Source: Naegleria gruberi
Taxonomy: Eukaryota
DNA: 64,000 nucleotides
Direction: 5' to 3' (one strand)
NCBI GenBank assembly: GCA_000004985.1
Contig: GG738861.1
Part shown: piece by piece, positions 19,787 to 32,239 of the stretch
Layout: each line of letters opens with the position of its first letter
Numbering within the stretch: position 1 is the stretch's first letter
The notes under the pieces: model-generated
Seen by the model: only the letters and a program-made list of their open reading frames with translations
Database searches by the model: none
What the model was told of the DNA's origin: nothing
Program-made: the position numbers and the translations under genes

Positions 19787-22489
19787 TTATGTCATGATAA
19801 TTTGTACATTGAGGATTGATGTGATGGAGAGATTGAGGCCAACAATCTTTAAAACTCTATCAGAATAATCGAAAGTGAAAGTATTGATGGCAGCTCCATT
19901 AACAATAACAGAATTGACACTATTTCCATTATTCAAACCATACATGATCACTTGGTCGAGAATTAATTGTTTGGCGTTATTGTATCCCAAATTGGTTGGA
20001 ATACCTTTAAAGGAGTAAGTCTTTGAATTGCTTGAAACTGAATATTGAATTGTAGTGTAGAGTTGATCTTCCAAGGTATCTAATGTTTCACCGTCATCCA
20101 AGTACAACATTCCACTTGCAGTTTGATTTGCATCGAGAGCAACAATCAATTGGTATGGATTCAACAATTGTTGGACAGTATTCATACCTGGTGTTTGAGT
20201 TGGAACAATACTTCCTCCCTTAATTGAAATAGGCATTGTGTGAAGATCAGCAGGTAATTGAATAGTCACTCCACCAGTATTGGTTTGTAACTTTCCATTA
20301 AAGAAATCATACCAAACTGCTTTTGGGAAGTAGGCTGTGACAACTGTTTGTGAGTAGTAAAGAGCTGGTGAAACAAGCAAAGCTTCACCATACATGAATT
20401 GCTCCTCAATGGTGTATGTACTTTTTTCATTAGGGAATGAGAAGAAGAGTGGGCGAGCTGCTAAACCTCCATTCATACTGACTTGAGCCATTGTGGTGTA
20501 GAGGTATGGCAATAATCTATATCTGTTGGTAATGAATTTTCTAGAAATGTCAGTTGTTTCCTGATCGAAAGCAAATGGTTCTTGAGGACGATTTCCAATA
20601 GCATTATGGTTTCTTGAGAATGGATACATGGATCCAACTTGCATCCATCTAATTAAAAGCTCCTTTGTTGTGTTTTGATTGAAACCTCCAATATCAGAGC
20701 CAACATGTGCAAAACCAAACATACCATTCAAGATGATGGATGGAATTGAACTTCTAAGACTTTCAAATGTAGAATCATTATCACCTGTCCAGTGAGAAAC
20801 ATAGGCTCCACTACCAGCATAACTACTTCTAGACAAGACAAATGATCTTTTTCCATAGTAAGATTGCAAAGCTTCAGCTGTAGCAATTGACTCTAAAAAT
20901 CCGTATAAATTGTGAGCATTGTAATGTGTACTGGCACTCATTTGGGAGTCAAGGTCAATACTCTTGTGATAGAGAGGTTCGTTATCTCCACCTGGGACAA
21001 ATGGAGGGAAATTCAATGAATTTTGAGCAGGAACGAAAAAGTCCAATGTTGCTGGTTCGTTCATATCAGTCCACAATCCATCAAGATTAATTGTACTCAA
21101 AAAACCATGAATTACTGGTTTCCAATATTGATTCTTGAACTTTGGATGAGTCATATCAGGGAAATAGCAGTTTCCAGGCCAAACAACATGATTCACATAA
21201 TTGGAGCTATTGGCACCCTTAACAAAAATATCCAAAGAAAGACCCAACTCTAATGGTTCATAAGTTTCCTTATTCAAATCAAGGATTGGAATACCAGGAT
21301 CTACAATAACAACATATTTACGACCCTTGTTGTGCAACTCATTGGTAACGAATTGTCTAACATCATTGATTGGGTAACGATCTGGATCAAATGTAAAGTC
21401 CCAATACTTGTACATGTAGTCAATATCAGTCCACATGACTTCGAGTGGCAATTGGTTGGCATCGTATCCAGCAACAACTTTTTGCACTTCATCAAGAGTT
21501 CTATAACCCCACCTGCATTGATGGAACCCCATTGACCAGAGAGGAGGCAAATATGGCTTTCCAATAATTGAGTGGTATTGTTGAATAACTTGTTCAGCAG
21601 TTGGACCAAGGAAGAAGTAGAAATCCAAAATACCTCCAATAGTTTGATATTGAATATATTTTGCATTATTGTTGAATTCAATTCTAACACTCATAGCATT
21701 GGTATTGAGCAAGAAGGCACCATGAGCATTTGAATAAGTACCAGCTTGTAAGTAGAATGGATGAGATCCATAGAGATTCATCTTTTCTTGATTACCATTA
21801 TCATTATTCCACATGACGTATTCATTATTTGTGATATTCAAACTCATTCTGTCGATTCTCTCACCAAAACCATAAATATTTGGAGCATCACCTGTTTGAG
21901 TGGAGAACAAAGTGGTACCAATTGAAATATATTGATCACTAAACACAAATGGCAAACCCTTTGTCGTAAATACAGGAATACTTGATCCAACTCTATTGAT
22001 TGTAAAATAAAACGATTGACCAGTTTGGGCAACTTCAATTGCATACTTTTTGGATTGTTTGGCAGAAATCCTCCTCGACAAGACTTCCTTCTTTAACACA
22101 TATTGTTCTGCTTGCCATCTCTTTCCTTCCAAATCAGTAATTTTTACACGAAGAATTGAATCCGAAACATAGGTAATATTAAACTTTAAATTTTGAATAT
22201 CCTTCCCATAAGGACCTCCAGTCCCATCCAATAATCTTAAATTTCCACTCACACCACTAGCAGTCTCTGACACTGATTGAACAATATATTGAGAAGTGGC
22301 AATCTTGTACGGATCCGCCATACGATTCGTTCCGATCTTGAATTTTCTCTGTTCTTGTTGTTTCTGATTGATAGTCAATTGCACTCCATTCACGATCGGT
22401 GCCATTTGAAACCCAACAAGAAGCACAACCATCAACAGTGCCATCAGCACATGACCATCTCTCGGAACTAATATACAATTCATCATCAT
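19787..22489 (-). CDS. Glycoside hydrolase family 31 alpha-glucosidase (acid alpha-glucosidase-like), secreted
   Basis: 900-aa ORF. Hydrophobic signal peptide MALLMVVLLVGFQMAPIVNG. GH31 catalytic nucleophile motif GLWTDMNEP. Family-wide collinearity (e.g. HQCRWGY, YDANQLPLEVMWTDIDYM). Confidence 0.9.
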   Translation of the reverse strand: MMMNCILVPRDGHVLMALLMVVLLVGFQMAPIVNGVQLTINQKQQEQRKFKIGTNRMADPYKIATSQYIVQSVSETASGVSGNLRLLDGTGGPYGKDIQNLKFNITYVSDSILRVKITDLEGKRWQAEQYVLKKEVLSRRISAKQSKKYAIEVAQTGQSFYFTINRVGSSIPVFTTKGLPFVFSDQYISIGTTLFSTQTGDAPNIYGFGERIDRMSLNITNNEYVMWNNDNGNQEKMNLYGSHPFYLQAGTYSNAHGAFLLNTNAMSVRIEFNNNAKYIQYQTIGGILDFYFFLGPTAEQVIQQYHSIIGKPYLPPLWSMGFHQCRWGYRTLDEVQKVVAGYDANQLPLEVMWTDIDYMYKYWDFTFDPDRYPINDVRQFVTNELHNKGRKYVVIVDPGIPILDLNKETYEPLELGLSLDIFVKGANSSNYVNHVVWPGNCYFPDMTHPKFKNQYWKPVIHGFLSTINLDGLWTDMNEPATLDFFVPAQNSLNFPPFVPGGDNEPLYHKSIDLDSQMSASTHYNAHNLYGFLESIATAEALQSYYGKRSFVLSRSSYAGSGAYVSHWTGDNDSTFESLRSSIPSIILNGMFGFAHVGSDIGGFNQNTTKELLIRWMQVGSMYPFSRNHNAIGNRPQEPFAFDQETTDISRKFITNRYRLLPYLYTTMAQVSMNGGLAARPLFFSFPNEKSTYTIEEQFMYGEALLVSPALYYSQTVVTAYFPKAVWYDFFNGKLQTNTGGVTIQLPADLHTMPISIKGGSIVPTQTPGMNTVQQLLNPYQLIVALDANQTASGMLYLDDGETLDTLEDQLYTTIQYSVSSNSKTYSFKGIPTNLGYNNAKQLILDQVIMYGLNNGNSVNSVIVNGAAINTFTFDYSDRVLKIVGLNLSITSILNVQIIMT

Positions 22490-22652
22490 TTGAAGCAGTT
22501 TTTCGACTCAAACAACAAAATCAAAGCCTCCTTAGATTTGAACAAAAAAAAATTGGAAAAAATCTTTCGGAGTCAAAAGAGGAGTCTCAATCACAATTTT
22601 TTTAATTTTTTAATTTTAAAAATTTATAATATTAAATATCATCATAAAAAAT

Positions 22653-25600
22653 ATGCCAGCAAGTTTTGCTCCATCGACTGCGAATCCTTTCGGGAGTGCT
22701 GCAAACTCATCGTATCTGTATGATGAATTTATCGAGACGGCCGATCTTACTCCACAAGAACAACATCATGAAAATTTTAAAACTTTTTTAAATGAGTTTC
22801 AATTGTTATCATCAAATATGCAAGATAGTTTTCATGATGATGTTGTTACACAATTGTTGGAGTCTCATGATCAATATCAAATTGGTTCGGCATCGGGTAT
22901 GCCTGCTGTGGGGAGTATTGGTATGTTTGTAATTTATTTGATGATGATTGTGGAAATTAACATTGTGGAAAATTAATAGGAAGTTCACAACCTTTGATTC
23001 GTTTCAGTTTTGCACCAAATGAAAATCTTAGATTTGATGAATTGTTACAAATTTCAACAGAAAATCAAATACTTCGTAAAGTTCTTTTAGTCTTTGCTCA
23101 CTTGTGTGAAGAAATGTCCTTCCTTTCTACATTTGCCAAACAACACTTCTTCCCTGCACTTTCACTTTTCGGAGTTACTGTTCAAGATCAAGATGAATTA
23201 GATGGTGAAAAACAATTACAATTTGGACGTGCCATTCCACTTCTTATGGATTTGTGGAATTTCTGTGCCAGATCTAACTATGTCGTCAAATCAACAATAC
23301 AACAACTGGCAAGCTTATTTTGTGATACTAATGTAAATGACAAAAACTTGGCCACTTACTTGGGAGGTCCTGGTGGTTCACAAAGTCAATATTCACATTT
23401 TGAAAGAGTATATGAAACATTGGGTGAATTATTAGGAGTTTTGATAACTTTGGATGAAATTATTCTTCAAAACAGTGCCTTCTCTCATCAGCTCACTCTT
23501 TACAAGAGAATGATCAGTAAGGGTATGTATCTAATTGTTGTTAATTAATTTGAGACTGATCATTATTTTCTCACATTATAGTTATGACTGAACCTGAGAG
23601 ATACGGTACCACAAAGCAAAATGTAGGAAAGGTTTATTATTTATTAGAAAAAGTTGAAGGAGATGTTCTTGATGATTCAATCTTCAAATCATGTATTAAC
23701 CAAGCTTTTGAAGATGTTGTAACATATACCCAATTAGTTCAATCTGAAAGTGGAGAAACACAAGAAAAATATGAATCACTTAATATTGCTATTCAAAAGA
23801 ATAAGATTCTTAAAATGGAATTTGAACATCATTTGAAATTACAATTCGAGGAAATTTTGAAAACTGTCCTTCCTCAACCAACAACAACATTTAATATTCA
23901 ATCTTCAGGAACTGCTTCTCTCTCAGGAAATAACGCTAATAACGCCACATTCTTGGAATCGATACTTGAAAAGAGATTTGATTTTGTTGGATTTTGTGGT
24001 CTTTACATTTTATACTTTAATTTGTGGATGGATAATCAAACCTTGAAAAAGCTCTTCAAGCAAGTCTGGGAATTCCACAAAAAATGTCCAATTATTCACT
24101 TGTATGGTAATACTGCTTGGTCTTCTGCTGAATTTTTCCTTGCCAAGGTACCAGATATGGTCAGACTTTCAGGTGTCAAGAATCCAAAGAAAGAAATTGA
24201 AGTCGACAGAAGTAAATATATGGACGGTTTAATTAAGAGCTTGTTCCCTAACATGGTCAATCAACTCAATTTGAAGATGAACATTTGGCAAAGTAGATTT
24301 GAGTCCAACTTTGATGTGTTGGCCTCTGCTGGTAGAGACGTACTTGCTGTTGAAGGCTCACTGTTATTGCAAGGTTTGGAACTTGCTCAACAAATCAATA
24401 CTCTTGTTAAGAATGGTATTTATTTGCACATTCTTGCTGCAAAGAGTTTGTCCATGTCACAAGTTTTACAATTATGTAGCATGGTAGAAATGGTAAAGAG
24501 TATTCAAAACAGTTTTTACAGAAAATCTCCTCAACTTGCCAAGCACATCAGTTACATTACTGAATTCTTAACTTTCAAGATTCAAAGATTCTTGGTTGTT
24601 CTCAGAAATAGACTTCAAACAAAGAAAAAGCAAAGTAATGCTGATGCTGATCAATTGAGTGCTGTACTCTTAGCTTTGCACTTGCTTGATTCTGGACACC
24701 CAAGTAAGAAGAGATTGGTCTTGCTTAGTCTCACATTATCTGTAGCTTTCTCACGTGCTTCTGGTTTGTTCAAGGAGTCTGAATATGAGGAAGTTAAGGT
24801 TTTGATGAAGAGATTGGAAGTTTTGGCTCATTTTGATGTCTTGTTGGGAGAATACTGCGACTGTTCTTACTTGTACTGGAATAGAAATGTAATCCCAGCC
24901 TTCTTTGATAAGGTTTATGAGAATCCATCTCGTGCTCCTCAACTTCACCTCATGATGTCTGCTCTGCAAGATCCTCTTTACAATGTACTCTTGTCAAGTA
25001 AGGATGGTATTACACCAGTTGCTGTTCACTTGGAAGATGGCGGCAAGGCACTTGTAGATGATTATGTTGATGAAATTATGAGCTATTTCAATGCTCATAT
25101 CGTTGATCCATTGTGTCAAGAAATTGAAACTGATCTCAGATTGCACATCCACAATACAAATGTGTTCAAGAAGAAGGCCATTGCCTCTCAAACAAAGGAC
25201 TTGTCTCCATTCTTCAAGACTTTGGGTCCAATCAGATTCCATAACAAGCTCATTGAAATTAAGAGACTTGTTGAAAAATACTTGGACAAGACATTCTACG
25301 ATTTTACTATTATTGCTCTCCACGATTGGAAGACATATGAAGAAATGCGTAATTTGGCCTTTGAAAAGTACGGACTCAACTTGATTAATGTTTATTTGCC
25401 AGGTCAAACTTTGGAACAAGGTCTTGATGTTCTTGAAATTACCAGAAATATTCATGTTTTTGTTTCAAAATTCTCCTACAATTTGAATCAGAACATGTTC
25501 ATTGAACAATGTGCCAAATCCGAAGCCAAGAGTCTCAATGTTTTGCACATTAAACATATTGCCAACTCGATCAGAACTCACGGTACTGGTATTATGAATA

Positions 25601-26670
25601 CTACCATCAACTTTGTGTATAGATTTTTGGGTAAGAAACTCTACATTTTCTCCCAATTCTTGTTTGATGATCACATTAAGAGCAGACTCCTCAAGGACAT
25701 TAGATTCTACAAGGATGAAGCTCTCAAGAGTTTAGACAACAAATTCCCTCTCAAGAGTGCCAAGAAATTCATTAAGGATATCAAAAAGTTGGGTCTTTCA
25801 TCTCAAAGTGGACTTTCTTATCTTGATCAATTCAGAGTTCTCATTACTGAAATTGGTAATGCTTTGGGTTATGTAAGAATGGTTCGTGCTGGTGGTTTGC
25901 GTTATATTAACGATGCTATTCAATTCGTTCCAATGAATTGTTTCCCAGATGTTCAAGAAGATGAAGAAGAAAAGAAGATTGAAACACCAGATGCTGCCAC
26001 AACTGATGGTTCAGTTCCACCAACTACTGCAACCGAAGAAAAGAAGGAAGACGATGCCAACAATATGAGTGTATTGTGTAAGGATGTCTTCTCACAAGAA
26101 ACTATTGAAGCTGCCAATAATTTACACAATGTCGTTTTGAATATGGCAAAGATTTCACAATCTCAAAGAAGTGACTACTTTAAGACATTGGAAACTGTAT
26201 TCAAGAATGAATTGTTGAAGGAACAAAACAACCACTTGAGAAACTTTTATATTATCATTCCAGCTCTTACTCTGAGCTTTGTTGAAACAATGCTCATTTC
26301 TAAGGATAAGATGTTACGTTCAGGGAAGGAAGCTTCCTTTACCGATGATGGTTTTGCTTTAGGTGTTGCTTTTATTTTGAAGGTTTTGTGTCAAAATGAA
26401 AAATTCGACAGTTTGCATTGGTTTGAAAGTGTGGCTATGACTTTCAAGCAAGAATATGAAGATACTAAACGTGTAATGGCTGAACTTAGTCAAAAGAAGA
26501 ATGAAGGCAATAAGAAGAAGATGTCTGAAAAGGAAAGAGAAAAGATGATACAAAATGATGACGAGCTTCAAACCATGAACCTTACCCTTAACAGAATTTT
26601 GAGTTATAAGAGAGAATTCGAATTGTTATTCTTCTCATTCTCTGGAGCTAGAGTATTCTTTAGAGATTAA
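22653..26670 (+). CDS. WASHC4: WASH complex subunit 4 (SWIP/KIAA1033 orthologue). Three exons: 22653..22920, 22980..23522, 23582..26670
   Basis: Collinear with human WASHC4 along its length: ENQILRKVLLVFAHLCEE ~ ENKVLNKVITVYAALCCE; YETLGELLGVLITLDEI ~ YEHLGELLTVLLTLDEI; CDCSYLYWNRNVIPAFFDKVYEN ~ [58 protein letters not shown] ~ [35 protein letters not shown]. Two 59-nt introns (22921..22979 and 23523..23581), GTATGT donors, phase 1. Confidence 0.9.
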
Positions 26671-26941
26671 ATTTGTAAAACTTGTAAAAATCATATATAC
26701 TAGAAATTTATTGTTAGTGTTGTTATTCTGTTGGTTTGAAGGAGTTAAAGATCATACGAAACATAAAAATAGAAAAAACTATTAAATTGGTATTACCACC
26801 TCATCAGAACAATATTGTAAAAGTTTTAACGAGGACGTTAATTATCAATCAATTTGCGTTAATTTTAGAAAATCAGGGAATTTCAGAATCCTTTTCAATA
26901 AAGTCATCAAATTACACAACTGAAAGTAAATTTCAAAAAAA

Positions 26942-27862
26942 ATGTCATCAAACAATAATCAAACTGTTACAGGAATAGATTTGTATTCAAGATTTGCCTT
27001 GTCAGGAGCCATTTCATGTGGTGTAACCCATGGAGCTGTCACACCTGTTGACGTTGTCAAAACTCTCAAACAATTATATCCTCAACAGTACAATAAGGGA
27101 ATGATTTCAACTTTTAGACAAGTTGTCAATGAGAAAGGTGCTTCTGCTTTATTGACTGGAATTGGTCCAACTTTTATTGGATATTTCATGCAGGGAGCTT
27201 TCAAATTTGGTGGATATGAAGTGTTTAAGGAGAAATTTGTAAATTATTTGGGAATGGAACGTGCTAGAGAGAATAAGAATTCAATTTATGTTGCATCCTC
27301 TGCTATGGCTGAGTTTATTGCCGATATTTTCTTGTGTCCTCTGGAGGCAACTAGGATTCGTCTAGTTTCTCAACCTAGTTTTGCAAATGGATTAGTTGGA
27401 GGATTTGCAAGATTATATAGAGAGGAAGGTGTCTTGAAGGGTTTCTATTCTGGTTTCTTCCCAATTCTATTGAAACAAATTCCATACAATATTACCAAAT
27501 TTGCCACTTATGAAATTGCCTTGGCAAATATTTTGGCAATTATTGGAAAGCAAAAGAGTGAACTCTCCTCAACAAATGAAACCCTTGTTGATTTGGGAAG
27601 TGGTTTAACAGCTGGTATCTGTGCTGCAATTATTTCTCAACCTGCAGATACCTTACTGAGTATGATGAATAAGCAAAATGCAAGTGACCAATCCATTTCG
27701 TCTAGATTGGTGTTGCTCGTCAAGGAATTAGGTCCAAGTGGATTATTCCGTGGCTTGGGACCCAGAATTGTTATGGTTGGAGCTATAACAGCTGGTCAAT
27801 TTGCTATTTATGGAAGAATTAAGGCAGCTTTGGGTGCCAAACCAAATGTTGAAATTCATTAG
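26942..27862 (+). CDS. Mitochondrial phosphate carrier (SLC25A3/Mir1-type mitochondrial carrier family)
   Basis: [27 protein letters not shown] and [22 protein letters not shown] match the phosphate-carrier signatures (GLTHTAVVPLDLVKCR, PTFLGYSMQGLCKFGFYEVFK). About 306 aa with three carrier repeats. Confidence 0.85.
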   Translation: MSSNNNQTVTGIDLYSRFALSGAISCGVTHGAVTPVDVVKTLKQLYPQQYNKGMISTFRQVVNEKGASALLTGIGPTFIGYFMQGAFKFGGYEVFKEKFVNYLGMERARENKNSIYVASSAMAEFIADIFLCPLEATRIRLVSQPSFANGLVGGFARLYREEGVLKGFYSGFFPILLKQIPYNITKFATYEIALANILAIIGKQKSELSSTNETLVDLGSGLTAGICAAIISQPADTLLSMMNKQNASDQSISSRLVLLVKELGPSGLFRGLGPRIVMVGAITAGQFAIYGRIKAALGAKPNVEIH

Positions 27863-27954
27863 TGTGTGTTATTATTGGTATATTGAAATTTTGATAACTC
27901 GAATTATTAGAGGTATTTGTACGCAATATCGAGTTGTGTGGAGCTAGCATAAAT

Positions 27955-30051
27955 TTAAAGTTTTTTAATTGTTTCCAATCTCTTCTTACTCTTTTCATGA
28001 TTTGGATCTAATTTGAGGGCATAGACAACATATTTCTCTGCTAAGTGTTTGTTATTCAATCGAATAGCCATCTCTGCAATATTACTTGCTATTATCACCC
28101 TTTCCGATCTAATTGTTTCAGGGGTTGGGTAGTTTTCTTCCAGGATATCACTAAGAATTACAAATGTGTTCTTGTATCCAATAATTGCTTGGTTGTAATC
28201 CCTTAATTGAACATCAAAATCATTAATACTTCTTTTAGAACCAATGAATGACACATAATACCTAATATAAAATTGTCCATCGTCATTGATTTTTCCATTC
28301 AACTCTGGTACTGCTTGAAGAATATTTCCCAATATTATGTATGATGAGGCGAATCTTGGAATGGTGATGTGAAACACTTTTCCATAATCATCAACAATAC
28401 ACACTACGTTTGATCGATTAGTGATTTCTGAATCGTATCCCCTCATGTTAGTATTGTCACTCTTTTGTTTTTCAATAACTGTTGAGTTGATCAACATATC
28501 AATAAGAATACCATTTTCAAAATTAGCTATTTTGGAAGCCAATATTGGGTTGTGTGAAAGCCAGGATAACACATAGACCAAAGACGTCTCTTCTGCAATA
28601 ATATTTTGCAAAGCTGTTGATAACCTATCCTCAAGCCCTCTATCATTCTTTTCACACTCAGTCATTAATTTCTTAATATTTGAAATAGAATAGAATAGGT
28701 CAAAATCAATTCTGGTCAGCATCTTACAGAATCTTTCAATTGGGAAAGTTGTGAGTTCTTCTAATAATTGATAATCAACTTCGAATGGCTGTTCTATATT
28801 TCCGTCTTGGTCCAACTTCTCCTCGTCATAGAGGAAGAGTGAGAACAAGTTAATCAAAAAGGTTCTAACAGAACTAAATAGAGTCATAAAATTGTCAACA
28901 TGTGGGAAATTGTCGATCAAGTCCAACAATTCAAACAGCATTGCTTGTGTGAACATTCTTTTTCTTAATCCCTTTCTCTTTGCTGTCAATGTAAGAGTAA
29001 GCATGGTTTTGGAAGCTTTTTTCAATGAAGATATTAACCATCTTCTAGCATTATTTGCGCCATCCTCATTATACTCGGCATCCATACTAGGGAAAATATC
29101 ACTTTGATAAAATCCTTCCTCATTAAATTCATTCCACATTTTTTCAGGATTTTGATAGTCCTTGATGAATTGTAATATTGCCTCATTGAGTGGATATGTT
29201 TCATTGAGTAGGATGAAATTAGGAATATCAAGACCTAACGTTGCACATCTGTCAATAATTGTTCTAATAATTCCTGTGACCAAATCACGTTGAGTGACCA
29301 CACCATATTTCAAAACCTTGTACAAGACACCAACACCGTTCATAACTACATGTCTTCCATCATTAATCATTTTAGAGCTATTTGGTCCATTCTGTTCTTC
29401 TGTGAAATATCTTTCAATAATAGCCTTGAAAGTTTTTTCATCTGAGGTGAGTAAAATAAAATTCAAAAGCTCAGCCGAATACACAGGATAATGTGCATGT
29501 TCATCTAAGAAATCCTTCTTTTCATACATGAAACAATCCACATTCTCAGGAGCAACTGGTAAATTCAAATGTTTAAACTTCTTCTTTTCATACAAGTATC
29601 TGTAGGAATGAGTCATGAACATGAGCAAGTGATTGACAAATCCCAACTCAACCATCATTTGAAAATTCTCATCCAATCCTCTTGGTGCAAAGCCCATCAT
29701 CGCATATCTTCTCATTGTCATTCTCAAAGAACTTGTCCAAGTTGTGGGAGCCTCATTATGTTGGAACAATGGACGAGTTTGCTTTGTTTTACTTCCGTGT
29801 AAAATAACTTTGAATCTGTGTCTTCTCCTGCTCAAATCACGTTCATGATTGATAATATCCAACAAATCCGAATAGTAAAATGCATGATCTTCGTTCAATG
29901 TTCCATAAGGTGATGAGAAGGGATTCATTTGTAATTGGTATTCTTTTCTTTTGAAGGAGGCAAAGAGAGACTCCTCCGATTGGTGATAACCATCATCATT
30001 GGTGAGTTTGGATAAATCTGATGATGTTTCAAAGCCTTTGAGTGGATACAT
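27955..30051 (-). CDS. Hypothetical protein (698 aa); no family recognised with confidence. The C-terminus is TPR-like
   Basis: Long uninterrupted ORF with in-frame ATG and stop. One segment (FPIERFCKMLTRIDFDLFYSI) loosely resembles a RasGEF motif but is not convincing. Confidence 0.5.
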   Translation of the reverse strand: MYPLKGFETSSDLSKLTNDDGYHQSEESLFASFKRKEYQLQMNPFSSPYGTLNEDHAFYYSDLLDIINHERDLSRRRHRFKVILHGSKTKQTRPLFQHNEAPTTWTSSLRMTMRRYAMMGFAPRGLDENFQMMVELGFVNHLLMFMTHSYRYLYEKKKFKHLNLPVAPENVDCFMYEKKDFLDEHAHYPVYSAELLNFILLTSDEKTFKAIIERYFTEEQNGPNSSKMINDGRHVVMNGVGVLYKVLKYGVVTQRDLVTGIIRTIIDRCATLGLDIPNFILLNETYPLNEAILQFIKDYQNPEKMWNEFNEEGFYQSDIFPSMDAEYNEDGANNARRWLISSLKKASKTMLTLTLTAKRKGLRKRMFTQAMLFELLDLIDNFPHVDNFMTLFSSVRTFLINLFSLFLYDEEKLDQDGNIEQPFEVDYQLLEELTTFPIERFCKMLTRIDFDLFYSISNIKKLMTECEKNDRGLEDRLSTALQNIIAEETSLVYVLSWLSHNPILASKIANFENGILIDMLINSTVIEKQKSDNTNMRGYDSEITNRSNVVCIVDDYGKVFHITIPRFASSYIILGNILQAVPELNGKINDDGQFYIRYYVSFIGSKRSINDFDVQLRDYNQAIIGYKNTFVILSDILEENYPTPETIRSERVIIASNIAEMAIRLNNKHLAEKYVVYALKLDPNHEKSKKRLETIKKL

Positions 30052-30339
30052 TTTTTTTCTTGTGCTTAAAACTTGAAGCCTTTGCTTTTACAATGCTGTT
30101 TTTCTCATATTGTGAATACAACAATAGAATGTTTCAAAGAATGAGATTTTACTTGAATTTTTTGGTGTTAATGAGGTGAGTAATGGAAAGGTCCTTACTT
30201 TTTCCACTCAAGATAAAGTGAAAACTGCAAAATTGGAAACTAAGAGCATTACACCAACTATTCTGAATACTTATTCTGATAGGATATTGTTTAGATTGTT
30301 TTCAACTTTTGATCTTGTATCAATATAATTAGTACATAT

Positions 30340-32019
30340 TTATTCATCCAAATCACTAGAATTTCCAGATTCAACACGAGCATCATCTCCATTGCCAGAT
30401 TCAACCATTGAAACTTGACTTAAATCTTCAATACCTGATGTATTCAAAGAGTCTTTTTGAGCTGCTTCAACTTCTTTGGTGGATCTTTCAGGTGAAATCT
30501 CTACTTTTTGTTTCTTTTGTGATTGATTTGCGATGGAAACTGATCTTTCTGAAACTTTAGAACTTTCTGGTGCTTGCTTTCTCTTCAAATCAACCTTCTC
30601 CTTAGATTGAGATTTTGGTGATGCAGAGGAAACCTGTTGTTGTTGTTTAACTTTAGCCTTCTGTGGAGTCTGTAAGGTCATATTAGTATCCAAAGTTTGT
30701 AGAGAAGATCCATCTTGTTGAGAAATATTAGAACCGTTAGATGCAGGTGTTATTCCCTTTTGTTCATTTCCATTATTGGTTGTTGTTACAGTCTTAATAA
30801 TTGGTAAACCACAGATATGTCTCAAACAATTTCTAATATCATTATAAAATACTTCTGCAAACTTTCTTACACCTGTCATGTATTTAGCACATCTCAATAA
30901 ATCGTCATAATTTGAAAGGTTAAATGTTTCAAAGGATTGCATTATGTACACTGGTTCAACACTTTCAGATTTCTTTGAAACTTCTTCACCATAATTTTCA
31001 ACAAGTGTATAAAATCTTCTCATTACATAACAAGTTACTAGAGGACCAACACATGTAATACCTGTAACAAATCTCTTTCTTGGTTTGGCACCACTTTGTT
31101 GGAAAAAGTTATATTGAGCTTCAAGGAAAGCTTTCAACATTATTGCCAATTCATTTTCTGCTTGAAATTGATTACCATTAATATCGTTACATTCTCTAGA
31201 ACAGAAGAATGGAAGGAATGTACCATTAAGGAAATGTTGTTCAATTTGAAGTGGATTAGGTTGTTGCATTGGTTTTGGACTTGTAATTTGAGAAACTCTT
31301 CTTGTCAATTCACGAATTTCCTTATTTCTTTGATGATTAAGTCCAATGAAGAAAGATCCATCAAATTTTGTCTTTTCCATTTGATTTGTTAATTGAAAAT
31401 CTCTATTCTCATCAAATAAATGTTCAAAGTCACGTGTAATAAATCTGTAAAGATTTGAAAAGATGGAACCTCTCCAGAAACTATCATGTTTACCACTGTA
31501 TTTTAACATTGTTTGAGGTAATTTAAACATTTGACCCCATAAATCAGTCAAGTATGAAAATTCATTCTTACTAACACCTAACTCTTCACTTGGTTTATCA
31601 AGTACTGAAATACTCTTACTAACTTTGATGAAGGAAGTAACTTCTTTTCTAGCATGTTGATGAGAAATCAAAGCAATGGATGAACGTGGAAGAACAAAAT
31701 TTTGCATTAAAAGCCTATTCTTACAATCTTGATATTCTTGATCTAAAAAGCATGTCATTCCATCCACAGAAGCAACTAAATTATCAGAAGAAGAGGTGTC
31801 ATCGGATGATGGCAAGGACAATAATATTGGCATAGAAGCAAAGTGTCCAATATGAATATGTTGACTTCCTTCCACTACACTCGATCTATAGAGGCTTGGA
31901 TCTAGATAGCTGTTATTGTTTGAAGAGCCTAGCAGCACACTATTAGTAGAAGATCCATCCGAGTTGTGCATCATATTGTTGGTAGGAATAAAAATTGTAG
32001 AGTCGAATTGGTTCATCAT
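30340..32019 (-). CDS. Hypothetical protein (559 aa) with an S/N-rich N-terminus and a K/Q/S-rich C-terminal tail
   Basis: Uninterrupted ORF. No recognisable domain. Confidence 0.5.
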   Translation of the reverse strand: MMNQFDSTIFIPTNNMMHNSDGSSTNSVLLGSSNNNSYLDPSLYRSSVVEGSQHIHIGHFASMPILLSLPSSDDTSSSDNLVASVDGMTCFLDQEYQDCKNRLLMQNFVLPRSSIALISHQHARKEVTSFIKVSKSISVLDKPSEELGVSKNEFSYLTDLWGQMFKLPQTMLKYSGKHDSFWRGSIFSNLYRFITRDFEHLFDENRDFQLTNQMEKTKFDGSFFIGLNHQRNKEIRELTRRVSQITSPKPMQQPNPLQIEQHFLNGTFLPFFCSRECNDINGNQFQAENELAIMLKAFLEAQYNFFQQSGAKPRKRFVTGITCVGPLVTCYVMRRFYTLVENYGEEVSKKSESVEPVYIMQSFETFNLSNYDDLLRCAKYMTGVRKFAEVFYNDIRNCLRHICGLPIIKTVTTTNNGNEQKGITPASNGSNISQQDGSSLQTLDTNMTLQTPQKAKVKQQQQVSSASPKSQSKEKVDLKRKQAPESSKVSERSVSIANQSQKKQKVEISPERSTKEVEAAQKDSLNTSGIEDLSQVSMVESGNGDDARVESGNSSDLDE

Positions 32020-32239
32020 CTTGTTGTATGTTATTCAAAATATCGGAGTAAATTACAAAGCCTTGTGATGAAAAGAGCCTATTTAATAAGTAGTTGGTTA
32101 ATCCAAGAGCACCTTGTCCAGTTTTTTTTTGTTGTTATTTTTAAGTTGGTGAACATACAGGCTTGTTTCCACTCACCACTGGAATCCAGAGAAGGCTGGA
32201 AATATTGAAAATACGCGGTAAAAAATAAAACAAACTGAT

